Source: Candidatus Bathyarchaeia archaeon
Lineage (GTDB): Archaea; Thermoproteota; Bathyarchaeia; Bathyarchaeales; Bathycorpusculaceae
DNA length: 16,311 nt
NCBI GenBank assembly: GCA_050012255.1
Contig: JBEKHN010000028.1
Span: 1 to 16,311, forward strand
Reading direction: 5' to 3'
Part shown: positions 8,271 through 15,755 of the stretch, piece by piece
Layout: each line of letters opens with the position of its first letter
Position numbering within the stretch: the first letter of the stretch is position 1
Program-made: the position numbers and the translations under genes
Notes under the pieces: generated by a model
What the model saw: only the letters and a program-made list of their open reading frames with translations
Told to the model about the DNA's origin: nothing
The model's database searches: none

Positions 8271-9221
8271 TCATCCTAAAGCATTAAATGAGAAGTTCAT
8301 CCATCTAGCAAGAAACAAAACATGGTCAACGTCTTTCTGTTCAATTTCATCTCTACTGTCTATCATAGCTGAAGCGTAACACAGTTTCTGAAGATTCTTC
8401 TGAACTCGAAAGCCATAACTATCGGAAAACTGTGCGAGCTTAAGACTGACCTGTTCCAGTTGGCTGAGAAGCTTAGGCTTGGGTTCGTACTCTTTTGTTT
8501 CCGTGTAACTGAGGAATTGTATTTGAGGTATTCGTATATTGTATTTTTTTGCAGGAGTGTTTCCGAAGAGAAAATTGAATATTCTTGCAGTGTTGTCGAT
8601 GGGATATTCATAGCTGAAAGGAACCATTCGACTTAGGAAACCCATTCTTTTAAGGTCATTGTAGAGGCTTGACTGTTGCGGTGAAGAATATGTGAGGCTT
8701 TCTCTTGTTATCGCGCTTATTAAACCGACTTTTACGGGAGTGGGATATTCGTATGTTTTGTATGGTGTTGCTACTCTTCTTGTTCCTTCATCAACCATCG
8801 TCTTCATGGTTTGAAGTAAGGGTTTTTTGGTGACTGAGGCTTTTTCCACACAGTTGAGAATATCGGGAATCAGTACGAATCTTATTTGGCCGTTTTGTGC
8901 TCTGGGAAATATGGTGTCGGTGAAAGTTTTTGAGGTTACTTCGTTTGCGTAGTAGATGAAGGGATAGTTGGCGAAGAGGTCTATTGTGCTTGTCTTTCCA
9001 GATTCAGGTTTAGCTATGAGCATGAGGCTTGAAGGTCGATAACCGTCTATTCTATCGGTTACGAATGCGGTTTGTATTGTGAGTGCAGTTATGTCAATTA
9101 GTGGCTGTATGTTGACTAGGTTTTCACCTTTTCGAGCTTGGCCTCCTGAAAGTAGTGACTGAGAGTATATACCCTCCCTAGGGGAAGGTAATGGTGGCAT
9201 GTTGTCGCTTTTCATTTTCAT
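8271..9221 (-). CDS. MCM/MoxR-like AAA+ ATPase, putative helicase lacking the MCM N-terminal domain
   Basis: Walker A AKPESGKTS, Walker B-like FVLIPD, MKTMVDEG, sensor-1-like ISAIT, arginine finger FLSRM and lid FRVQKNLQKLCYASAM...KDVDHVL. Start may be downstream (e.g. 9200). Confidence 0.75.
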   Translation of the reverse strand: MKMKSDNMPPLPSPREGIYSQSLLSGGQARKGENLVNIQPLIDITALTIQTAFVTDRIDGYRPSSLMLIAKPESGKTSTIDLFANYPFIYYANEVTSKTFTDTIFPRAQNGQIRFVLIPDILNCVEKASVTKKPLLQTMKTMVDEGTRRVATPYKTYEYPTPVKVGLISAITRESLTYSSPQQSSLYNDLKRMGFLSRMVPFSYEYPIDNTARIFNFLFGNTPAKKYNIRIPQIQFLSYTETKEYEPKPKLLSQLEQVSLKLAQFSDSYGFRVQKNLQKLCYASAMIDSRDEIEQKDVDHVLFLARWMNFSFNALG

Positions 9222-9239
9222 TCACTTCGAGAAAAGGGT

Positions 9240-9278
9240 TATATCGCGGTATAGATATATCACTTTTAGAAGTGATAT
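9240..9278. promoter_or_regulatory. Palindromic operator-like sites between the divergent ATPase and wHTH-cas1 units
   Basis: atatcactt-ttag-aagtgatat (9257-9278, perfect 9-bp arms) and tatatcgcggtata (9240-9253, 12/14 palindrome). Confidence 0.55.
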
Positions 9279-9282
9279 CGTA

Positions 9283-9906
9283 ATGTCACGCAAAAAGGCC
9301 AAGAAAAGTAATACGCCTCAAATTGGAATATTCATCGACAAGAAAAGTGCAAACTACAATCGGTTGATTCTTGAGATACTATTCTCGCAACAAATGGAAG
9401 CATGGCAAATAGCAGAAGCCATACTTAGAAAAAAAGACCCAAATATTAGCAAGGAAATCAAGGAAGTGAGGCGTTACCACACACAGAAAATCTACAGCGT
9501 CATCCAAAGGAAAAATGGACGGCTTGAAGACCTGAGAAACAAGGGTTACATAGGAGAAGAAAACGGAGTATGGAACCTTACAAAAAAGGGTTTCATCGCA
9601 TTAAGCATAGAGAAGCCTGATTTGGTAAATAATGAAATTCAAAAAAACAAAAACCTTCTTTTGGAATCATTCCAAAAAAGAATTACTTCGATGCCAAATG
9701 GCATGGCAAAAGTGGCTCTGGGTATTCATATTGACTTCTCTGAGATTAAACCATACTTTGAGAAAGTAGACAAATTATCTTTATTTCACATGTTTATTGA
9801 AGAGGCTAAGACTCTGCTTTCAGAAGGAATAGAATTGGACAGAATAAGCGAAAGTGATTTTGAGGCTATAGTAATGAATAAGCTGTCTTTTTCTAAGAAG
9901 GCATGA
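9283..9906 (+). CDS. Winged-helix DNA-binding protein
   Basis: LILEILF...AWQIAEAI...RLEDLRNKGYI...WNLTKKG wing pattern. Likely start is ATG 9283; the stop overlaps the cas1 start (ATGA). Confidence 0.7.
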   Translation: MSRKKAKKSNTPQIGIFIDKKSANYNRLILEILFSQQMEAWQIAEAILRKKDPNISKEIKEVRRYHTQKIYSVIQRKNGRLEDLRNKGYIGEENGVWNLTKKGFIALSIEKPDLVNNEIQKNKNLLLESFQKRITSMPNGMAKVALGIHIDFSEIKPYFEKVDKLSLFHMFIEEAKTLLSEGIELDRISESDFEAIVMNKLSFSKKA

Positions 9907-10946
9907 TTATGGTTCAAGGTTCTAAAACTCAGAAGATAGTCTTAGACAGTCAAGGTTCTTATTTGGGAATGGAGAAAGGATGCTTCACAGTCAAGGATAG
10001 AGAAGGCAACGTTCAACGCTTCCCATTATTCGAAAATACGTTGGGTTCCGTTGTTTTGAAAAGCGGTAATGCCGTTTCTACTGGGGCTTTAGCTTCTCTG
10101 GGATTCTGGGATATTGACGTACTGATAATGACTCAGAGAGGGAATCCTGTTGCTATGCTCAGAAGCCTTGATGATTCCAGTCATGTTGAAACCAGAATTG
10201 CCCAGTATGAGTCTCTGAAGAATGTCAAGTTCTCTGAAATAGCTAAACAGTTTGTCTTATCAAAAATAGAAGCTCAGAATCAAGTGCTGTCGAAGTACGG
10301 GCTGAGAAGGTTAGATTATTCGCATATCGAGCAGGTTAAAGGTCTTAAAGAAACTGACTCTAGAACCCTGAGGAATAGGCTGACAACGATAGAAAGCCAC
10401 TGTTCTAGGCTGTACTTTGACCAAATCTTTCAAATGTTCAATGAACCATTAAGACCAGACGGAAGAAACGGTTTCAAGGCTTATGACGGAATAAATAACC
10501 TCTTCAACCTAGCATATGAGGTTCTCTCTTGGAAAGTGCACATAGCTCTAGTAAGAGCTAGGCTTGAACCGTTCATGGGATACCTGCACAGCTTAGCATG
10601 GAGTAAACCGTCTCTGGTTTGCGATTTTCAAGAGCTCTATCGCTACTTAATGGATGATTACGTTATTCAGTATGCTAGAGGTCTGAAGGCTAAGGATTTT
10701 ACGTTGAAGACTGAAGATTTTTCCAGTAAGAAGAAGGGCAAGAGAGAATACCTTAGCGATTTCAAGACTAGAGATTTTATGAAAAGCCTTAACGAGTATT
10801 TTCTTTCTGAAGTGAAGATACCGAGATACAGAATGGGCAAGAAGCAAGAGTTGGAGACTTTGATTAGTGAAGAGGCTATGCTGTTTGCGAAGTACCTGAG
10901 AAATGAAAGACAAACATGGATTCCAAGAATACCGAGCCTAGCTTGA
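9903..10946 (+). CDS. cas1: Solo Cas1 endonuclease/integrase (casposase-like)
   Basis: GSYLGMEKG, VSTGAL, RIAQY, IESHCSRLYF (catalytic E), DGINNLFNLAYEVL, GYLH (catalytic H), SLVCDFQELYR. No cas2, other cas gene or array in the window. Confidence 0.95.
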   Translation: MIMVQGSKTQKIVLDSQGSYLGMEKGCFTVKDREGNVQRFPLFENTLGSVVLKSGNAVSTGALASLGFWDIDVLIMTQRGNPVAMLRSLDDSSHVETRIAQYESLKNVKFSEIAKQFVLSKIEAQNQVLSKYGLRRLDYSHIEQVKGLKETDSRTLRNRLTTIESHCSRLYFDQIFQMFNEPLRPDGRNGFKAYDGINNLFNLAYEVLSWKVHIALVRARLEPFMGYLHSLAWSKPSLVCDFQELYRYLMDDYVIQYARGLKAKDFTLKTEDFSSKKKGKREYLSDFKTRDFMKSLNEYFLSEVKIPRYRMGKKQELETLISEEAMLFAKYLRNERQTWIPRIPSLA

Positions 10947-10957
10947 TGGAGAAAAAC

Positions 10958-10987
10958 GGAGATATCTCCCGAACACCCACATTTTCT
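10958..10987 (+). repeat. Dispersed repeat, copy 3 (11 nt after the cas1 stop; right boundary of the Cas1 module)
   Basis: ggagatatctcccgaacacccacattttct, with the perfect palindrome GGAGATATCTCC at 10958-10969. Confidence 0.8.
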
Positions 10988-11048
10988 GTGGCTTTTCGTT
11001 ATCTGCTATACCACTAAAGTATAGAGGCAGCCCTTCACATAAAGGTTC

Positions 11049-11294
11049 CTAATGTCGTCTTCTACGTGACAGCTTCCTATGCTTCTTAGGTGTCATGTTC
11101 ACCACGATAATGAAATAGGCCACCATCAGGAAGAAAAAGAACACCAAAGGAGAGATCTGAGAGAATACACCTTTAACAATGAGATATGCTAGATTGCTTA
11201 TCAGGATCAGTCCAAGTCCGAGAAATAGGCTGCTGATTAGGTTTCTGTTCGCGCGCGCGCGCGAACGATTCAGGTGTGAGTGAAAAAGAAGCAC
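11049..11294 (-). CDS. Possible small two-TM membrane protein with a basic tail
   Basis: LISSLFLGLGLILISNLAYLIV and PLVFFFFLMVAYFIIVV followed by KKHRKLSRRRRH. The start is uncertain and a (GC)6 tract lies in the 5' part. Confidence 0.45.
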   Translation of the reverse strand: MLLFHSHLNRSRARANRNLISSLFLGLGLILISNLAYLIVKGVFSQISPLVFFFFLMVAYFIIVVNMTPKKHRKLSRRRRH

Positions 11295-11603
11295 GATTCA
11301 TAACATCAAAGAAAGCCAACACTTTCACCTGTCACTCAAGTTAGGTCCGTTCCAGTATTTATCATTCATTTGCGCCCTTGAAGGAAAAGACGTCAAATCG
11401 AAATAGGCATAGCGCGCGCGAAATACGAAACTCTCTCCATCTCGTCCCGGTAAGGGTTCGTTCAGTCTTTCAACGAAGTGTCGGGGCACTAAAAAGCGCG
11501 CGCCCTTCACTAACTCTTCCGCCCGTTCATCATGGTCAATAATAAGGTATCTTCCAATGCTTTGCTCTTTGGCAACTTGTAATACACTCCTCCGAGGCCT
11601 AGT

Positions 11604-11663
11604 CCGGAAAACCTTATATCCATCCACCACCACAATATATGTATGAATTACATGTATCAGGTG
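11604..11663 (+). promoter_or_regulatory. Putative BRE/TATA and RBS for the ubiquitin-like operon
   Basis: ccggaaaaccttatat at 11604-11619; aggtg at 11659-11663 before ATG 11672; tacatgt occurs twice (11649, 11669) and may be an operator. Confidence 0.45.
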
Positions 11664-11671
11664 TTTTCTAC

Positions 11672-11935
11672 ATGTCAGTCGAGAAACTCTCAAGAATAGT
11701 TGAATTGCTAAGAAAAGAGGCAAAGGTATCGCCATCTCAAATCGCTGAGACGATAGGATCCGATAGAAGGACCGTAGACAAGATGCTTAATATTGCTGAG
11801 AACCTGAGCATTATATCCTGTGAGAGGCTGGAGATGGCGGGAAGAACATATAAAACATGCGAACTGAACCCAGATTTCAAGAGAATATTACAGAAGAGGA
11901 GTGAGCACGATGAGCCAACCAGAAAAAACGAATGA
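11672..11935 (+). CDS. Small winged-HTH regulator leading the operon
   Basis: RIVELLRKEAKVSPSQIAETIGSDRRTVDKMLNIAENLSII. Likely start is ATG 11672; overlaps the Ubl gene. Confidence 0.8.
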   Translation: MSVEKLSRIVELLRKEAKVSPSQIAETIGSDRRTVDKMLNIAENLSIISCERLEMAGRTYKTCELNPDFKRILQKRSEHDEPTRKNE

Positions 11936-12185
11936 ACCCATGATTACGATAACCATAAGAACAGTGGATGGAGAAACCTGGACCAACGAATTTAACATTC
12001 ACGAGCCAATTAAAAGCATCCTGCAGAAATCGCTGGCACACTTTGGGATACAACCTGCTCCCGGAATTGTGTTTCATTTTCTGTACGAAGGCAGATTGTT
12101 GGATGAAAGCAAAACGCTTGAGCAAGAAGCGGTAAAAACAGGATCGACGCTAGTCTTCGGAACGGAAGCACAAGTTGGACAGTAG
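11910..12185 (+). CDS. Ubiquitin-like beta-grasp modifier (BilA-like)
   Basis: ITITIRTVDG...FLYEGRLLDESKTLEQEAVKTGSTL parallels ubiquitin [23 protein letters not shown]; ends ...AQVGQ. Confidence 0.88.
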   Translation: MSQPEKTNEPMITITIRTVDGETWTNEFNIHEPIKSILQKSLAHFGIQPAPGIVFHFLYEGRLLDESKTLEQEAVKTGSTLVFGTEAQVGQ

Positions 12186-12212
12186 ATGACACAACAACTC
12201 TAGTGAATGGAA

Positions 12213-13022
12213 ATGACCATCGCAGTCTGCATATGGGTTCCGGAAGGAATCGTGCTTGCATCTGAAAGCCGTCAAGTCTACAAGAACCAAAAGGGCAATT
12301 ACAGGACTTCATCTGATTTAGCTCAGAAAGTTTTCCAGTTGTCCGCCCGTATTGGCGGAATTACATGTGGCAGAGCTTATCTTTCCAAGAAAGGCGTACT
12401 GAGTCTAATCGAGGAATTCAAAGCCTCAGCTAAGGCTTCAGGAAGCAACCTTGATGAAATTGCAGTCAAAGACATGGCGGACAAGGTCGGAGCTTTTCTT
12501 CAAAGCAAATGGCAAGAGCAGACAGCAGATGGCGCGGAAGGAGGAGCTTCATTGTTGAGCCTTGTTATAGGGGGATATGAAAATGGAATAAACCGTATCT
12601 TCGAGGTTTCACTTCCTGGGCCATCGATAGTGGAAATAAGCACTTTGCAGGAGCTGGGGGCGGCCTGGAGAGGTCAAACCGACGTTGTAACCCGGCTAAT
12701 AAAAGGGTTCGATCCAAGAATAAGCAGTCTTTCATGGTTTCAACCAAACTATACGCAAGAACTGGAAAAGCTGAGGTATATGATAGGTTTTGACGCCATG
12801 ACCTTGCAGGATGCAATTGACTTTGCCGTCTTTCTGATAAGGACAACGATTGATATGCAAAGGTTTTCCGATGGAATATCGCTAGATCCAGGCGACATAC
12901 CTGGCACAGGTGGCCCAATTGACATAGCAATTATAAGACCAAATGAAGGTTTCGCGTGGGTGCAGAGAAAGGAGCTAAGAGGCGAAACACTATACAAACG
13001 AATGCGCATTGGCGAAAGCTGA
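12213..13022 (+). CDS. Proteasome-beta-like Ntn hydrolase (Thr1 nucleophile)
   Basis: (M)TIAVCIWVPEGIVLASESR...AQKVFQL...GGITCG gives Thr1, acidic residue 17, R19, and Lys33- and Gly47-like positions; C-terminal QDAIDFAVFLI...TGGPIDIAII. ATG at 12213 exposes Thr after Met removal. Confidence 0.85.
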   Translation: MTIAVCIWVPEGIVLASESRQVYKNQKGNYRTSSDLAQKVFQLSARIGGITCGRAYLSKKGVLSLIEEFKASAKASGSNLDEIAVKDMADKVGAFLQSKWQEQTADGAEGGASLLSLVIGGYENGINRIFEVSLPGPSIVEISTLQELGAAWRGQTDVVTRLIKGFDPRISSLSWFQPNYTQELEKLRYMIGFDAMTLQDAIDFAVFLIRTTIDMQRFSDGISLDPGDIPGTGGPIDIAIIRPNEGFAWVQRKELRGETLYKRMRIGES

Positions 13023-13061
13023 ATGGGCCATTCAAGTATTGCTGCTGTGCAAGCAGAGTGA

Positions 13062-13490
13062 ATGATGGAAGCTTCAAGAATGGATGATTCGGCTTCGCTG
13101 GCCTTTCTTGACGACCAGATCAAGAAACTTAAGTCAATTTCCGAGCACCTGCTCATCCATAGCATTGATGTTAGTCAGTGGGATATTTACGTGACTCTCA
13201 CTCGCGCCAAAGACGGAAAAGAACACACAATTCGCTTAAGATGTGACAATGGCTATCCTATTACTGCGCCGAGCGTCACGTTCGTAAGTCCTGTGGACTT
13301 CAAAATGGAAGGAGTGCAGTTTTGGCCCGATGACGGCGAACGTGCATTCAAAAGAACGTCTAGCCCTCCGTTTATTTGCATTCCTGGAACAAGAGAGTAC
13401 TATGAGCATCATCGGGAAGTTCAGGTTGCTCCGCGCGATGTGTCCTTAACCAAAATAGTCGCCGAGCTAGTAACGATGATGAACCGGTAG
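13062..13490 (+). CDS. E2/UBC-fold conjugating enzyme, CEHH type (type II BilB-like)
   Basis: GYPITAPSVTF (UBC YPxxxP) and FICIPGTREYYEHH (catalytic Cys with the C-E-H-H pattern). Confidence 0.82.
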   Translation: MMEASRMDDSASLAFLDDQIKKLKSISEHLLIHSIDVSQWDIYVTLTRAKDGKEHTIRLRCDNGYPITAPSVTFVSPVDFKMEGVQFWPDDGERAFKRTSSPPFICIPGTREYYEHHREVQVAPRDVSLTKIVAELVTMMNR

Positions 13491-13503
13491 ATGTGGGGTA
13501 AGA

Positions 13504-14055
13504 TTGAGAGAGAATAGATTGGGAACGAAGCCTAGCTACATCGGCGTCTTTCTCATTTCCAAAGGAGTTCTTGATGAGACCTTGGCTTACCTTCGTAATC
13601 ATGGAAGAAGCAATTATGAAGGGTTCATGTGCTGGAGCGGCATTATAGTAAATGATTATGACGCTCTAGTCAAAAGCTGTATCTATCCTCGATTGTCTGA
13701 ACTCTCTGATTACGGATTTCTACATGCAGAAATAAAGCTCAAAAGTGTTTTTGACATAGGTCAGCAAGTTTATGATAAGCAAGAATTTCTGCTTGCTCAA
13801 CTGCACACGCACGCTTTTGAAGCTTTCCACTCTTATGTAGATGACAGATTTCCTATCAGTCACAAGCCAGGATTCATTTCAATCGTCGTGCCGTTCTTTG
13901 CGAGAAGGAAGTTTTACAACAGTAAAACGCTGATTAACTGCAGTGTTAACGAGTATGTGGGAAGAGGAAACTGGCATCCGCTGAAACCAGACGAGGTGAG
14001 GAAGAGGGTTAAGATAGTTGGGGAGGAGCACAGGAACAGACATGAGTATAAATGA
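13504..14055 (+). CDS. JAB/JAMM metallo-isopeptidase (BilC-like)
   Basis: NYEG catalytic Glu and QLHTHAFEAFHSYVDD (HxH...SxxD). Start uncertain. Confidence 0.88.
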   Translation: MRENRLGTKPSYIGVFLISKGVLDETLAYLRNHGRSNYEGFMCWSGIIVNDYDALVKSCIYPRLSELSDYGFLHAEIKLKSVFDIGQQVYDKQEFLLAQLHTHAFEAFHSYVDDRFPISHKPGFISIVVPFFARRKFYNSKTLINCSVNEYVGRGNWHPLKPDEVRKRVKIVGEEHRNRHEYK

Positions 14056-15598
14056 CAGGACACAGAAACTAGTTAATAGGTTTCTGCCAGGAAAAAGTGA
14101 AGGCTTTTTTAGATTTGATGGGTTCAAAATAGGCGTCGCCATTGAACCTGCTCTGGCTGAAACCTTCAACGGGCAAGTAATGATGTTTACCTGCTTGAAC
14201 CTCTTGTCTAGATTTACGAATAGAATGCTCCTTGGCAGAATCCCCGAAGTTCCTACATTGTTAGAGCTTCGCGGGCTGAGGGGGAATCTAAAGGCTAGGC
14301 TTCTTGCAAGCGTTGCCCATATCAATCCGGATATTAAGATTGATGGCTTGGGCAAGGAACAGCTGGTTGATATACTCATAACCATAGGAAAAACGGAATA
14401 TAACTCCTCATTCAAGATAGCCATAAATTCTGACGGGTGGACAGCGAAGCTAGAAGAAGGAGTGGATGCCAGTTTAGACTACGTTAGCGGGAACGCAAAC
14501 CCCATAGGGGCACAAATTGCCTCCTGTTTTGCTTCAGCCGAAGTCTTCAAGCATCTTCTCAGGTCCATGGGTAGTACAAGCTACGCTGTTCAGCAGCCAG
14601 TGGGTTCCGTTTCCTTTTCAGCTCTTGACTATTCGATCAATTCAGGCACATCTCAAAATCCGGAACTTCCATCAGAGCTAAATCTTGAGGAAACTGTTTT
14701 GGTGGGTGCCGGAGCCGTTGGAAGCAGCTTTGTGAATACATTAGGTTGTCTGAACAATGTTTCCGGGCGACTTATAATCCTTGATTTTGATGTTGTTGAT
14801 GTCACCAACTTGAATAGGTACCTTATTGCGGGAATACGCGATGTAGGAAAGGCAAAAGTGAAGGTTGCCACGGATTTTCTTGCGGGAAGCGGGATACAGG
14901 CGGTTCCAGTACATAAAAGCTATGAGAGCTACGTTAAGGAGGATAGGCCTGACAAGACGTTTGACACAGTCGTATCTACAGTAGATGACAACGCAGCTAG
15001 ACAGCATATGCAATCAGACCTGCCGAGGCAGATTTTGCATGGAGCAACGCATGAACAGAGCTGCGTCGTTTCAAGACACGATTTCCTGCATGATGCATGC
15101 TTAGGCTGCCTATTCTATATGAAATCAATGACATATGCAGAGAGAATCTACATTGAAACCGGAATTCCCTTAGATGAGGTAGAGAAAACGCTTTCGCTTA
15201 ACGGTTCCTTCAATGATAAACACTTAGCTATAATGATGAGAGAAAGAGGTATTAACCCTGAGAGGTTTTCCAAGTTTATTGGTCAACCGTTCAAGGATGT
15301 CTACGCCAAGGAGATATGCGGCGTCTTCGGTTTTAATGTGGGTGCAAAAGCTGAAGCTGCCACAGTATCATTCGTGTCAGCTTTGCCAGGCATATTGCTT
15401 GCTGGCGAAATAATCAAGGACAGAATCTCAGAACTGCGTAAGTACAGGCTGAACAACTATCTTCAGATGAGCCTTTTTTCGCTTAAAGCTAATTGGCCAA
15501 TTATTAGAAAGAAGGACCCTCGCTGTTCTTGTCTTTGTTATGAACAAATCATGATAGACCGTTATAAGCAAAAATGGCTGAGAAGCAGTGGCTCATAG
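14042..15598 (+). CDS. E1/ThiF-family activating enzyme with a long N-terminal domain (BilD-like)
   Basis: VLVGAGAVGS, DFDVVDVTNLNRY, GKAKV, STVDDNAAR, ACLGC and CSCLC Zn ligands, candidate catalytic Cys in EICG, SFVSALPG. Likely start is ATG 14042. Confidence 0.92.
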   Translation: MSINDRTQKLVNRFLPGKSEGFFRFDGFKIGVAIEPALAETFNGQVMMFTCLNLLSRFTNRMLLGRIPEVPTLLELRGLRGNLKARLLASVAHINPDIKIDGLGKEQLVDILITIGKTEYNSSFKIAINSDGWTAKLEEGVDASLDYVSGNANPIGAQIASCFASAEVFKHLLRSMGSTSYAVQQPVGSVSFSALDYSINSGTSQNPELPSELNLEETVLVGAGAVGSSFVNTLGCLNNVSGRLIILDFDVVDVTNLNRYLIAGIRDVGKAKVKVATDFLAGSGIQAVPVHKSYESYVKEDRPDKTFDTVVSTVDDNAARQHMQSDLPRQILHGATHEQSCVVSRHDFLHDACLGCLFYMKSMTYAERIYIETGIPLDEVEKTLSLNGSFNDKHLAIMMRERGINPERFSKFIGQPFKDVYAKEICGVFGFNVGAKAEAATVSFVSALPGILLAGEIIKDRISELRKYRLNNYLQMSLFSLKANWPIIRKKDPRCSCLCYEQIMIDRYKQKWLRSSGS

Positions 15599-15737
15599 AG
15601 GCGTGTAGGGAATTCAATGAAAAAAGAACCTTGCAAAATGCACCTAGCGCGCGGGTGGAGTGAGACGATTCCCTCATTGTCCAAGGTCTAGATGACGCTT
15701 TCGAGAAGCGCGCGCTATATAAGATTGCGTTGGGTGA

Positions 15738-15755
15738 GGGTAAAGTTTTATCCCA
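15738..15755 (-). repeat. Right copy of the 18-bp inverted repeat, inside a local hairpin
   Basis: gggtaaagttttatccca is the reverse complement of 6478-6495. It is enclosed by tgcgttg (15726-15732) and caacgca (15760-15766). Confidence 0.85.

Noticed and set aside
9903-11700. CRISPR array or cas operon next to cas1
   Set aside because: No regularly spaced repeats with 30-45 nt spacers and no cas2, cas4 or effector genes are visible.
11325-11735. 136-aa minus-strand ORF
   Set aside because: Overlaps the wHTH gene and its promoter, crosses GC tracts and shows no recognisable domain.
14042-15598. E1 as a ThiF/MoeB cofactor-biosynthesis or SAMP (UbaA) enzyme
   Set aside because: It is about twice the usual length, is encoded with an E2, JAMM and ubiquitin-like Ubl, and no thiamine or molybdopterin genes are nearby.
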